Assembly: GCA_010356995.1 (NCBI GenBank)
Contig: ML996706.1
Location: 62,001-126,000, forward strand
Length of the DNA stretch: 64,000 nucleotides
Direction of reading: 5' to 3'
Source: Trichodelitschia bisporula
Lineage: Eukaryota
Shown here: piece after piece, positions 22,184 to 34,758 of the stretch
Position numbering within the stretch: position 1 is the stretch's first letter
Layout: every line of letters starts with the position of its first letter
Position numbers and translations under genes: made by a program
The notes under the pieces: model-generated
The model's database searches: none
What the model saw: only the letters and a program-made list of their open reading frames with translations
Told to the model about the DNA's origin: nothing

Positions 22184-23190
22184 ATGCTCTCAGCAACTCG
22201 TACTCTTCTCCGCACGTTCCCCCGGCAGATCCGCACAATGACCAGCGCTGCCGCAGCCCGCCTCTCCGGCAAAACCATCCTCATAACCGGCGCCTCGTCC
22301 GGCATCGGACGCAGCACCGCGAAGGAATTTGCGCGTACGAGCCCAAAGGACTTGAAGCTCATCGTCACGGCGCGGCGGCTGGAGAGCTTGAAGAGCCTGT
22401 CTGAGGAGATTAAGACTGAAGTTGGAGAGGGCGTGCAGGTCCTCCCAGTGCAGCTGGATGTGAGCGACCCTCAGCAGGTGGCCGGGCTGGTAGGGAAGCT
22501 GCCGGAGGGGTGGGGCGAGGTAGATGTGCTCGTCAACAATGCGTGAGTCCTCCACTCCCTGTGCGTTTTGGCTAGGTGCTAATCGTGGCACAGTGGACTC
22601 GTAAAGGGCATGGCACAAGCCCCCGCCATAGAAGCAGCAGACATCGACATCATGTTCAAGACAAACGTCCACGGCCTAATCAACATGACGCAAGCCATCC
22701 TACCCATCTTCAAGAAGCGGCCCGACGGCGGAAGGGGCGACATCATCAACATCGGCAGCATCGCGGGCCGCGAAGGGTATGCGGGCGGGAGTATATACTG
22801 CGCGACGAAGGCGGCGGTGCGTACGTTCACGGAGGCGCTGCGCAAGGAGCTGATTTCGACCCGTATACGGGTTATGGAGATTGATCCCGGGCAGGTTGAG
22901 ACTGAGTTTTCGGTTGTTAGGTTTTATGGGGATAAGGCGAAGGCGGATGCGGTTTATGCGTAAGTGCTGAGTGAGGCGAGATGGTGGGGACTAATGGGAA
23001 TAGGGGCTGTGAGCCGTTGACGCCGGATGATATTGCGGAGGTGGTGGTCTTCACCGCCAGCCGGAGGGAGAATGTCGTTATCGCGGACACTTTGGTCTTC
23101 CCCAGCCATCAGGTATGTCTCCGCTCAGACCGAAGGCAAAGCTAACCATCATAGGCCGGGGCAGGTGTGCTGTACAAGAAGCCGGCGTAA
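22184..23190 (+). CDS. Short-chain dehydrogenase/reductase (YdfG / YMR226C-like 3-hydroxy acid dehydrogenase)
   Basis: TGASSGIG, NNAG and YCATK motifs; VETEFSVVRF; three introns (~22543-22593, ~22960-23003, ~23113-23153). Confidence 0.92.
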
Positions 23191-23327
23191 GAAATCAGGA
23201 CTTGTATAGAGAATGGGAGGGCAACCAGCACTGCGTGGTCGTAGAGCGAAGTGTAAATATGCTATCAAGTATCGAGAAGCCGACTACATTTCAAACCTTT
23301 ATTTCGCTCAGCATCGTCCATGTCCCT

Positions 23328-23845
23328 TCACTTCTTCCAAGCCGTCGAGCCCCACTCCTGCGGCTTCCCCTGCATAATCTTCTCGTCATCCTCCCGGAGC
23401 TCCTGATCAATCCGCGCCCCACGGCTAGGCTCATTGCCATGCGACCATGCCTAATACGTCAGCTTCATCTCATCCACAGGGACTCGGGTTACCCACCGGT
23501 GCTCTAGCATCCCTCTGCAAACTCTCGCGGTCCATGTCCGCCTGCGATGGCGGATGGTAGCGCTACATAGCTCATATCAGCTTCGTTCCGCAGTATACAC
23601 GTAAGGATATACCTCTGCCGTCCGGTTGAGCTTGTCATGGACACTCGGGTTCATAGTCTTCGCCGCGTTGCTCCCAGACACGGGCATGCCCTGCTTGTAG
23701 CGCTCGGCACTGTCGATGGTCTCATTGTCGAAGGTGCGCTGGCGGCAGCATTAGGCCGTACAAATGTCCTGGTCAGAGAGCATACCTGTTCTTGCGACTC
23801 GTAGATCCCGGCGGTGCCGACGTTTGAGTTTCCAGTTCCGCTCAT
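23328..23845 (-). CDS. Small hydrophilic fungal protein (4 exons)
   Basis: MSGTGNSNVGTAGIYESQEQ|...|...|...HGNEPSRGARIDQELREDDE...WKK*; canonical introns. Confidence 0.7.
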
Positions 23846-24393
23846 GGTGATAGACTGTAGGGTAGGTGATTCGTAGGTAGTTCCTATGTGAGTGAGGAAG
23901 ATTGTAGACGGCCGGCAGCTGTTATGAACCCTTCGCGTGCGCGGAAGGGCAGGAACGGGAAGGTCGGAGCAGAAGCAGACATGACGTCAGGATGTGCGCT
24001 TAACATACGAGGCTGCAATTGTATAGGTTGTGATGAGAGGGGACACAGGGTCCCGGGTTCCTCTGCGTTTCGATGTCTAGCTAGAGCTCCGATACTGACT
24101 TCCAGGGCTCGTCCGGCCCCCCCTGTATCTCCGCATATCGTCACATTTTCGGCAGCCACGTTCGTGGAGGACAGGGCGCCGATTAAAGTTGATAGATACG
24201 GAAGATATGGCGAGCTGCTGTCGGTGGCCTGTAAACTCGTCTTGGCTTGCGTAAATTGGGGTATCGCGGACGTAGATCATCTGCATGTCTTGACCACGGC
24301 TCCCGGAGCGGACATTCGCTGACGGACCCACCAAAATCATTGCATCACAGCAACACTCAGGGAACAATGGGGCAGTTTTGAGGACAATGTCCA

Positions 24394-25356
24394 TCAACTT
24401 GATTGTCGCAGATAGTCCTTCAGCGCCTCCACGGCCTCCTTGAATCTACCCGCCTCAATAAGGATCAAATGTCCTTGGGGCTCGATCCCAGCATCCGAGA
24501 ATACGCGCTTCGAGTCCGCAGAGCCCTCATCCCGCTGGTGAGTGTACGGGTAGTCTGAAAAGCCTACGGCAAACTTGTGCAGAATCTCGTCTTCGGGGTG
24601 GAAGTAAAAGGTCTCGGGCGAAGCATCCTTGCGCTTCTTCTTTGACGGCCGGCTATCCTCAGCATCTAGCTTTGATTCTACTTCTTTGTAGGTTTTGGAG
24701 AGTACGAGGTAATGTGTGAAGGCGTAGGGCTCGCCGTCATTCAGTGCCCACTCGATCTCCTCCAAGAGCATGGTGTACATTGGAGGTATGATCTCAGAAG
24801 GCATGTTTATCAGGCGCTCAGTAAGAATGAGTCCAACTTGAGCGGGAGAGGAGGTATCGAGCAGAGAGGGAAGTTGGCTAAGGGCGGGAATGGCGGCAGC
24901 CTTGGACGCGATGTACTGCGTGAGGGTCTGGATGACGGGTGTTCCCTGGCAAGGGTCAGCGCGCAGACCATAAGCACGCCAGGCTCACGAACCCTGTGCT
25001 CATGCAGATTCAAAACGGTCAAGAAGGCATAGGGATCGGTCTCATTTCCGTCAACTTTAACCGTAGACCCCAGCGTCGGTTGCGAGAGGATCAAGTCCGA
25101 CAGCGCCGACAAGTCCAGGATCTCCGCATCGCTGTCAAACAGCTGGCGACATAACGTCTTCAGCCCATGAAAGTCGACCTCCGGTTGCGGGTCAAACCAC
25201 TCGAAGTCGACATCAACCATATCCATATCCTGTTGTGCTTAGCCGTGCATAGCGGGGTGTGGAGAGGGGAGGGGCTACTTCATCGTCGCTGCTGTCGGCC
25301 TCGCCACGGCCGTTGCTCGGAACGGACGACTCGGCGGTAGTCTTACGCTTGTTCAT
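24394..25356 (-). CDS. BCP1: Bcp1 / BCCIP family protein
   Basis: VDVDFEWFDP..DFHGLKTL, ERLINMP, YFHPEDE; introns 25230-25278 and ~24947-24991. Confidence 0.92.
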
Positions 25357-26399
25357 GGTTAATGGTGGCGTCAGCGTAGTATACGGAGAAGATTAGAGAG
25401 TTGGTGATGCGGGAGAGTATGTTTCTGTCTCAACTCCAGAAAATCGTTTGCCAAGATTTCGACCTTGCGCCGACAGTGGGCGCGACTCTGATTGGCTGTG
25501 TGAGTCCTCTCGTCCAAGGCCAGCCGAAAAGGTCATGGCCGCCATCGTCCGCACAAACGCCTAGGCAGGGTGGCCACGATTTTCCTGGGGCGGCTCTTGG
25601 TCTCTCCTCGTGGGTGCTGAAAGATGAAAAGTGTCCCGGCGAATCTGGAATCCTTTGCGGGGACTTTGCTCTGGGTTTCTTTTACTCTATCTTCTCGTTT
25701 GCCCACTGCTTCTCATAGACAATGACGGTCGGTTGTTTTTCAGTTCGATGCTTTGGTGACAGCGGTTGGACGAGATTCCATATCCCCGACGTCGGAACGC
25801 AGAGTGAAGCGTGGTAGTAATCATGTCGGCTATAAGATACATAAGATGGCATGCTACCGGTCTCCTATGTTCTCTAGAGATGCATCAGTTTGTGTACCCC
25901 GCAAGTGCGAATCTAACATGTGGGGGCAACGAAGCATGGCGAGCTTGGAATTGCGGGGACGGCTTGACAGCCGAGTGTTTCCTAGGAGATGATGCGCTCT
26001 GCGGTGCGTTGTACGCTCTCCCATGCAGTGCTCAGTGTCGAACAAAGCTCCCTCTGGAAGCAGGATCACTCCATAGACGCTATCCAGCTGTATTTGTTTG
26101 TGGTTATCGCGATTCGCGCTTTCTCCATTGTAGAACAAGGCGAATCACATGAAGGGAATTGTCAACTTGGCGGCATACTGTTTTGGTGGCGCCGCTGGCC
26201 GCTCGTGATTTGGGCTGGCCGCGCGCGATCGTTCCCCCCGTGAACCTCGGGATTCATATCCGCGCCGCTCACCAACCTGTCCCCGGCGACAACGAGCATT
26301 CTAGAATCGCCATCTCACTCCATCATAACCTCTATCACTCCTCACACATCTTTCATTTCAGCGTTCCATTCCTTACATTCCACTCTCTCATCCTCCGGC

Positions 26400-29324
26400 A
26401 TGGGCAAAGCAAAGGCCTCCAAGATCCTCCCTGTCATCCCCCTCGCGAAGGGGCTGGTGCTCTATCCTGGCCAGCACCTGAGCCTCAGCATCGTCGACCG
26501 TCCCGACTTGACGGCCCTCCTTGCTCACATCTACAGCACAGCAAACTCTCCACGAGGGAACATCCCCATTCACATTGGCTGCCTGCCGCTTACCTCATCG
26601 TTACTGAGTCCAGATGGCAAGCTGCTCATTGAAGATGGAAAAGCCGAGAAGACGAAGCTAGCGGAGGTTCTGCCTGCTGCCGCTGAAGGCAAGGACTTGT
26701 ACTCGATAGGCACCGTGGCTAAAATCTCGGGAGTGCAGGGCCGGCGGCAAGGCGAGCTCAATCTGGTGGTGGAGGGCGTGACCCGCTTCAAGACCATCAA
26801 GTTCATCCAGGAACGACCGTACTTCGAGGCAGAGCTTGTGGTGATCGACGAAGAAGGTATGTTACGAAAGTGTCGCAAAACGACAGTCGCTGAGTAGTAC
26901 AGCCATCATAGCCAGTGACACCGTCCTCCAAGAACAGTTCGCCACCCTCAAGCAACTCTCGCGCGAGTTTCTCGCTCTCGTTCGCCTTTCGTCTCTTCTT
27001 CCCCGCTCTCCTTCTACAACTCTTTCTCCACTGATCGCGCGCCGTATCGAGCTGTTCGTTGCTCGGAAGGACATACAAGATGCGGGTGCGCTGGCAGACT
27101 TCATGGCCACTGTGCTCGACTGCTCGCAAGAGGAGAAGCTGCGCGTGCTCTCTGCGCTCCCAATCAAGGAGCGTCTGGCTCTCGTTATCGAAATCATTCA
27201 GAAGCAGCTTGTCAAGCTGCAAGGCAACGGCCGCATCATGACGATCACAACCACGGCCCCTAACACCGAGCTACCAGGTGGTATTGACATTGAGCGCCTG
27301 CGCAACCAGATCCAACAACACGGCTTCAAGTCGCTGGGGCCGAACCTCGCAGGCATCGGGCCTCTGCCGCCAGGCTTCCCCGGCGCCCCTGGACAAACTG
27401 GCGGCGAGGAAGTCAATGAGCTAGAGGAGTTGAAGAAGCGGCTCGACGAGGCCAAGATGTCCCCCGAGGCAAACAAGATCGCCCTGCGCGAGCTAGGCCG
27501 GCTGCAGAAGATGAACCCGGCGCAGGCCGAGTACCAGGTTATGCGCAACTACCTCGAGACCTTGGCCGAAATACCGTGGAGCAAGGTCACGGAAGACAAT
27601 CTCGACACTACGGTCCTGGCCCGGGCGCGCAAGCAGCTGGACAACGATCACTACGGCTTGGAGAAGATCAAGAAGCGGCTCTTGGAGTACCTGGCTGTGC
27701 TTAAGCTGAAGCAAGGTGCCAACGCTGCGCTGGAGGCCCAGATTCAACGTCTGCACGAGAGTGCGAAGGCTAAGGAAGAGGGGGAAACGAAGGCGATAGA
27801 GGAGGACGCCGAGGCTAAGCCGGTCGTGCCCAAGCCGGTCTTATCCGAGGACACTGCAGCGCTGGAGCTTGCGATCCGCGAGAAGCAGCGCATGATTGAC
27901 AAGGCCCCCATCCTGCTTCTCGTCGGGCCTCCCGGCACGGGCAAGACATCGCTTGCAAAGTCCATTGCCCACGCTTTAGGTCGCAAGTTCCACCGCGTCT
28001 CCCTGGGCGGTGTGCGCGATGAGGCTGAGATCCGCGGCCATCGTCGCACATACGTGGCCGCCATGCCTGGGCTGATTGTCAACGGGCTCAAGAAGATGGG
28101 CGTGGCAAATCCCGTCATTTTGCTCGACGAGATCGACAAACTGGGGATGGCCAACTTCCACGGCGATCCGTCGGCCGCTATGCTTGAGGTTCTGGACCCG
28201 GAGCAGAATCACACGTTCGTGGATCACTACGTCAACATTCCGATTGACCTCAGCAAGGTGCTGTTTATTGCGACGGCGAACTCGCTCGACACCATCCCGG
28301 CACCGCTGCTCGACCGCATGGAAACAGTTCAACTGAGCGGGTACACTACGCTGGAGAAGCGTCACATTGCTACACGGCATCTGCTGCCCAAGCAGATCAC
28401 GACCAACGGCCTGGCTGATGACAAGGTGCAACTTCCCGAAGAGGTCCTGGACAAGATCATCATGGCCTATACGCGCGAGTCAGGTGTTCGTAACTTGGAG
28501 CGTGAAATTGGCAGCGTGTGCCGCTACAAGGCCGTTGAGTACGCCGAAGCCCAAGACAGCCCGGAGAAGCTGCAGCAGTACAAGCCGCTGGTAAGCCTTG
28601 AGGACCTCGACGAGATCCTCGGCATCGAGCGCTTTGACGAGGAGCTCGCTGAGCGGACCAGCCGGCCAGGCGTGGTCACGGGTCTTGTTGCGTACAGCAG
28701 CGGCGGCCAAGGCAGCATCCTGTTCATCGAAGTCCAGGACATGCCGGGCAAGGGACGCGTGCAGCTGACGGGCAAGCTGGGCGACGTGCTTAAGGAGTCC
28801 GTTGAGGTGGCGCTGACATGGGTCAAGTCGCACGCCTTTGAGCTCGGTCTGACCGCCGATCCGGCGGAGGACATCATGAAGAGCCGCAGCGTGCATGTGC
28901 ACTGCCCTTCGGGTGCTATTCCTAAAGACGGGCCTAGTGCTGGACTGGCGCATACCATCGCGCTCATTTCGTTGTTCAGCGGACATCCGGTCCCTCCCAC
29001 TATTGCCATGACGGGTGAAATCAGCCTGCGCGGGAAGGTTACGCCCGTGGGCGGCATCAAGGAGAAGTTGATCGGGGCTTTGCGTGCTGGTGTCAAGACG
29101 GTTCTCCTTCCGTATGGTAACAGGAAGGACGTCCGGGACTTGCCCGTGGAAGTGAAGGAAGGCCTGCGGATCGAGCATGTCCAGTAAGTCTACCATTCCC
29201 ATTGCGTTAAGTGGCAGTTGAGGCTAATGGCTACAGGCACATCTGGGAGGCCATGAGGCTCGTATGGCCGGATGTGCACTGGCCTGGCGAATCGCGGTGG
29301 ACCGGATTTGACAGCCGGCTTTAA
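26400..29324 (+). CDS. Peroxisomal Lon protease (LONP2/Pln type)
   Basis: Lon N domain, Walker [17 protein letters not shown], catalytic PKDGPSAG, and GGIKEK. Introns 26857-26902 and 29184-29236. Spliced C-terminus ends in SRL (PTS1). Confidence 0.95.
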
Positions 29325-29875
29325 GCAGTACCGTAGCATCTTATGAGTGGAGAAGGGGTCTTCTAGGACGGTCTTTTCCCCATAACGTGCATATACCAAC
29401 GTAGCATTGTGTTTGCATTGTATTAGCGAGGCATTTGCGGGTGGAACGGAGACATGGAGTTGGTCTTGACTTTGATACATGTGGCTTAAAGTTGATGATA
29501 CTGGGTTTGATTCTCGTGGCCACCCCTGCGAGTTGAGTCTCCGCTGTTCTTTTAGGATAACTTAATCGGATGTAATTATTCCGTGGGATCTCGATGGCCT
29601 CGTTCTCTCGCTCTCTTGTCAACGGCCATAGCTTTTGAACTAGCATGTGAAAGGCGGGCATACTCCCGCCACAGGTGATGTCATGAGCCCGTAGCACAGC
29701 CACACCGCCCCGCATCTTGCCCCTCGCGCGAAGCCCAAGTTAAACGAGCTCCAATCCTGAGTCACCAGCTCTTGCCACCGGTCTGTTTAAAGAGCAACCT
29801 GTTCCTGAAGATCAACCGTATCAACAAGTCACAATCACATCCTCAAGTCAAAAACTCAATTCCTCAACGACCACA

Positions 29876-30079
29876 ATGCCGCTCCCCGTCCTCACAACCG
29901 AAAAGCCTTCCGTCTCGGAGACCAAAGAAACCGCCATTGCGACGACAAGCACTACGGCCGGCACTGGCCAGAGCACCACCTATGCCACGAAACCGAAGTC
30001 TGAGGCCGAGCTTGCGGCGGAGAAGGAGTATGAGGAGCGGATGGAGGAGGAGTATGCGAAGCGCGAGGGAGGTGCTTGA
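29876..30079 (+). CDS. Small fungal protein (67 aa) ending EERMEEEYAKREGGA
   Basis: Good start context CACAATG; the C-terminal motif resembles a small protein family seen in filamentous ascomycetes. Confidence 0.7.
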   Translation: MPLPVLTTEKPSVSETKETAIATTSTTAGTGQSTTYATKPKSEAELAAEKEYEERMEEEYAKREGGA

Positions 30080-30232
30080 GGGTGTTGATGGTTGAATGGG
30101 TGGATTCCTTCGTGTGTTGCTTTTCACTGGGTCTTTGCGCATATCTGTCTTCTGTACATTGTAACCTGTCTTTTATACTGTAAATACCCTCTCACAATCC
30201 AAGCACTATCCTACACGTCCTCACTCAACATA

Positions 30233-30826
30233 CTACGCCCCCTCATCCCCCAAAGCCTTCCTAACAACCCTCATCTCCTCCTCCCCCATCCCCAATCCTA
30301 GTGCCAACTCTCTACCCCTAGAGCCCATCTTCCCCCACGTCTTCCTCACAACCCCCACAACCTTCTCCTCCTCCCACTTCTCCCTAAACGCCGCAAACTG
30401 CTCCTCAAGAAACACAAGACACGCCACATCCTCCAGCACCTGGCACTCGGGATCACTCTTCAACCCTTCCTTCCGCACCAAAACCCCCACCCTTTCCGCA
30501 TCTTCCTCCGCATATCCAGCCTCGCGACATATCGCCATAGCGAGCTCGGCCTGTCGCCGCGCCAGCCCGGTCCGCCACGCGTAATATCCGGCTTTGGTCA
30601 TGGGGTAGGAGGAGCGGGGGACTTCCCACCGGCGCAGGTGCTGGGCACGGACGGCGAGGCGCAGGGTTTCGGATGCGGTGGGTGTGTGGGCTTCGAGGTG
30701 TCGTGTCATGGACTGGGCGTAGGCGAGTTCGCTGGGGATCGGGGTGCCGTTTTCGGTGGTGACGGAGGGGTCCTGGGCGTGGGCGGCATCGATGAGCGCG
30801 AGGGCGCGGAGGTAGGGGGTCGGCAT
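30233..30826 (-). CDS. DUF4202-family protein
   Basis: IDAAHAQDP, RAQHLRRWEVPRSSYP, LEDVACLVFL, KTWGKM; intronless. Confidence 0.88.
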   Translation of the reverse strand: MPTPYLRALALIDAAHAQDPSVTTENGTPIPSELAYAQSMTRHLEAHTPTASETLRLAVRAQHLRRWEVPRSSYPMTKAGYYAWRTGLARRQAELAMAICREAGYAEEDAERVGVLVRKEGLKSDPECQVLEDVACLVFLEEQFAAFREKWEEEKVVGVVRKTWGKMGSRGRELALGLGMGEEEMRVVRKALGDEGA

Positions 30827-31381
30827 GGCGGTGGTTTGAAAGGGCGTCGTGGGTAAGGGATGTCGCTGGCGCGGGATGTCAGCGGAGGTTTCGGCGGAGA
30901 TGGGTTTTGCGCGGGGTGGGGGTCGGGCTTGGCTTTAGACTGGGGTGGCATATTTCAGCCTTGTGAGATTGATGGACGGCGTGTGGCATTCGTGAAGGAA
31001 AGTTGGGATGGTTCGAATCCATGACCATGGTATATCGGAATTCCAGGTAAACTCTATGAAGCAGCACTTCCCCATGAAATTATCTCATGCGTCGACGATC
31101 TAAGTTGTTCTGGAGGCAGGTGCGTTGAATCGTCAGCCTAGTAGAGGAAAAGAACTAATACTGATTCTCTTCGCGGAAGCATTCTGCTGCCTGAATCACG
31201 GTCTCAAAATTCTTAAACGTCGTCGAAGGTGATGGAGTCGAAACAGTGAGGCGTCGTTGGAACATAATGTGGCGTCTCGACCCAGTCCAGCCACACCTGT
31301 TGGGTTCCAGTAGGCGCGACCACGTCAACGCTCCACGACGTCCAACAGCGAACAACTCAGACTTGTGAGTCGCTTTGCAGC

Positions 31382-32712
31382 GATGGAGCCAGTAATGGCC
31401 GCTAAAAGGCCACTTACATTTGGCGGTAAGCTCTCCTAACCTCTAGCCCTTCCATCTTCTGTGTTAAATTCGCAATTGCCAGCTCGCCGTTGCGAACTTA
31501 TAATATTGCAGCAACTCGCAAGATTTTAGACCACATCGCCAACGATCTTGTATCCAAAATGGCTATCCAAGCTCTCACTCGCATGCCTTCAAACTTGTGG
31601 AGCTACATCTCCGTTCGGCAAACCAGAAAGCGTCGTGAGAAGCCATTCAAGATCTCAACTCCTACGAAGCCTATCGCAAAGCAACTCTGCACCCCTCCTT
31701 CTTCCGTTCCACCTACAAAAAGATTCAAGCTCAGCCCCAGAAAGCCCAAGAATGAGCCTGTCACGCCACGTCGCGACTTTGACATCAGCCGCAGGACGAG
31801 CCTAATGACGCCCGAGGAGACGGCGAAAAAGGTGGTTCACGGCAGGATCAAGCAGGAGATCATTGACCTGGACGAGGAAGCGTTGGAGCAACAGAAGCAG
31901 GCGAGGGAAATGCTTGCTGATGGCTGGGCGCAAGACACTATCAACGTGTACCAGAAGCTCGAGCGCCGAGGATACGAACCCCTCCTTCCAAAGGGTTGGT
32001 TGCTGGACTTTCCTTTGCTCCCGGCATTCACTTTCGCTGAAGACGATGATGCTGCATTTTTGAAGCCGATTTATGGCTCCCACTACAGAGGTACGGAACT
32101 TGCTGTAATCTGCACGCACGTGCTAACTGACTTCCTGCAGCAATCAACGCCGTTCAGAACTTCATCGAACTCGGGAAGCGCGTCCGGGACCTATCTTCAT
32201 CGCCTTTTTCTCAGCGCAAGCAGGGGCTCATTATTCAGCAGCACATCAAGGCCTACCTCGACTGGATGTATACTGATGCTCAAATCAAGGCGGACGTGAA
32301 GGCCGGGCGCCTGCTACCCATGATCGCGCTCCATATCGGCCAGCCCAACAAGCCCGACCTCGCAGAACAGAGGATCCACGAAAAGCTGCGCCTCCTTGCA
32401 GACCAACATGATGAGCGCCTCATTCCAGGAGCGGAGAACTCTAATGTCATGGTCCCTCCGACGCTTTATGGGGTTGTCATCACTGGCGCTGTTGTTGGGC
32501 TTGTGGCATACGAGCCTGCTTCGGTGGAAGATGACATTCGCACTTTGGCGGTTTTCAACTACGCCAAACCGCTTATGGACGTGTGGAGCAGTCTTGCTAT
32601 TGCCATCATTGTTGTCCATTGTCGAGGTCACATGCTGCGGGCAAAGAAGATTCTGTCGCAGGCAGAGGGCTGGGAACAAGCTTCGAGTTCGTCTCAGTCT
32701 GAGGATGACTGA
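31382..32712 (+). CDS. Hypothetical fungal protein
   Basis: Two long ORFs joined by intron ~32092-32140 (GTACGG...CTAAC...CAG); probable first intron from ~31426; start uncertain. Confidence 0.65.
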
Positions 32713-33101
32713 GATTCATGGTGTGCGGGGACTTCATTTCCTTTTTATATCCGCACGATGGAAATTTTACGGTGGCATTTCAGCGGGACGGCGTTCTGCG
32801 CGCGGTTATGATACCCTCAGAAGATTGCATTCTGTGTTGAGTCGGGCATCGGGCTGGCTTAGACATCGACGCTCCGTTTTGCTGTCGGTTCACCTCAACA
32901 GCATATAGATTCTGTAAACAGTGATAGACCTTTTCACGTACATCCGAGTCTATCTCACCTCCGTTATTGTTCCGTACAATTCGTCTGTTGGCCTGTGAAA
33001 GGCGAGCACTGAGAGCGTCGAGTACATCTTCGGAAATATGCTAAACAAAAATCAATCATTATATACTCCAAAGAAGCATCCCCTTTCATCAAACCAAAAG
33101 T

Positions 33102-33193
33102 GGTCGCGTGGTGTAGTTGGTTATCACACTTGTCTAACATCTCCTCCGAGACGTGGACACAAGTGGTCCCCAGTTCGAACCTGGGCGCGATCA
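33102..33193 (+). tRNA. tRNA-Val(AAC) with ~18-nt intron
   Basis: Acceptor GGTCGCG/CGCGATC, anticodon arm CTTGT-CT-AAC-A[intron]C-ACAAG, T arm CCCAG-TTCGAAC-CTGGG. Confidence 0.93.
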
Positions 33194-33361
33194 GTTGCTT
33201 TTGCTAAGCTTGGTTCGGAAGATACATTTTTGCCCGCATGGGCTGGAGAATGCGCTAGGTTGGGATCGGAGCTAAGCGATCATGCGGAAAATTCCGGATG
33301 TTTGGAGACGACACTCGGACAGGACGGCGCGATTTTTTATACAACATCAAGTCATATTCCA

Positions 33362-34758
33362 CTACAATCCGAACGGGTATGTGTCCTCGACGCTCAGAGG
33401 CTCATCCGGCTGCGCTGTCTCGAAAGCCTCAACCGCCTGGCTTTTATCAAAGAAAACCACGGCATCAAGCTGTTTCGGCAAGGAAGCCATCATGTAGTGA
33501 CTCCAGAGCTCTGTATCCGGCTTGTAGATCACGCCGATGAACCGTTCCCTTCGCGGAGCAATCAGCTCCTGGCGCACACTCTCGTCCCCCCCAAACTCGG
33601 CGCCTCGCAAATCCAGCATGAAGCGCTCCATCCCGGTGTCATGTAACAACCCCTCATAGCTGTCATCTCGCGCCAGAACAACAGGCATGACCTCCTCGGG
33701 CATGTCCCACTCATCGGCCGCCGCAACCGTACTCCCAGGCCCGCCGTACGTAGCGCATCCAATGATACTTACCTCGCGAGGCGCAGAAAACGTCTGGCGA
33801 CACAACTGGCCGAGATTCAGTTCGCCACGCTTGATCATATCCGTGTGGCGCGCGTCACCAATATGCGAGTTGTGCGCCCAAACGACGGCATTTGCGCCGG
33901 GCCGCACCTTCAGCAGCCGCGCCAGCGTGTCGAACATGTGCGTGTCGCGCAGGTTCCACGACTCGGCCCCGCCGTAGTACATGGCGCGGTAGTAGCGCTC
34001 CGAGTCACGGACGACACGCGCGTTAATCTCTGCGTCGAGGAAGTCGTCGCCGTCTTCCGGTTCCCCAATGAGCTCGAGGCGCTTGAGCAGCAGATCTTGG
34101 AGCATAGCGACCACGCCCTCCTCGCACGGCGCATAGCCCTTGTTCAGTGCGACTCGTCCGTACTTGGCCGGGTTCTCGACCCACGGCTGCAGGCAGTTGT
34201 ACCGCGCCCGCGCAACCTTCGCCGCCTCCGGGTCGTGCCGGTCCAGATACTCCGTCACAGCGGCGATGCTAGCACCCATGCTGTATATGTCGAGCCCAGC
34301 AAAGCGGGCGCGCTCGCCGGCCGGAAGCGCCATGTTGTGCGTGCGCAACCACTCGACGAAGTCGCGGACCTCGGTGTTGCGCCACATCCAGCGCGGGAAG
34401 TGGTTGAAGATGGGCATGTTGCGCATGCTGTGCGGGGTGCGCGAGCCGCGGACGTAGCGGTCGATGGCGCGGCAGTCGGGCCAGTCGCCTTCGATGGCGA
34501 CGATGTTGAAGCCGTGGTGCGCGATTAGGCGTTTGGTTATGGCGGCACGGGCGCGGTAGAACTCTGAGGTTCCGTGGCTGGGCTGTTAGATGATGGGAGG
34601 GTTCGGACGGTAATTCCGCCTTGGTCTTACCTGCCATCGCCGATAAGCACGACTCTGGAGCTCCCGAACTTGTCGAAGAATTGCCCGAACGCGGGACTCT
34701 CGATCTCGGGCAGAACCTGGGCTGCGTTTTTGATGACACTGATGACATCGCGAACCAT
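33362..34758 (-). CDS. Erythromycin esterase (EreA/EreB) family protein
   Basis: VLIGDGSHGTSEFY across intron 34578-34630; EGDWPD, FPRWMWRN, WNLRDTHM, WAHNSHIGDAR, ERFIGVIY, TYPFGL. Confidence 0.92.

Noticed and set aside
27493..29202. Many antisense and alternate-frame ORFs over Lon and other genes
   Set aside because: Shadow ORFs caused by high GC3 codon bias.
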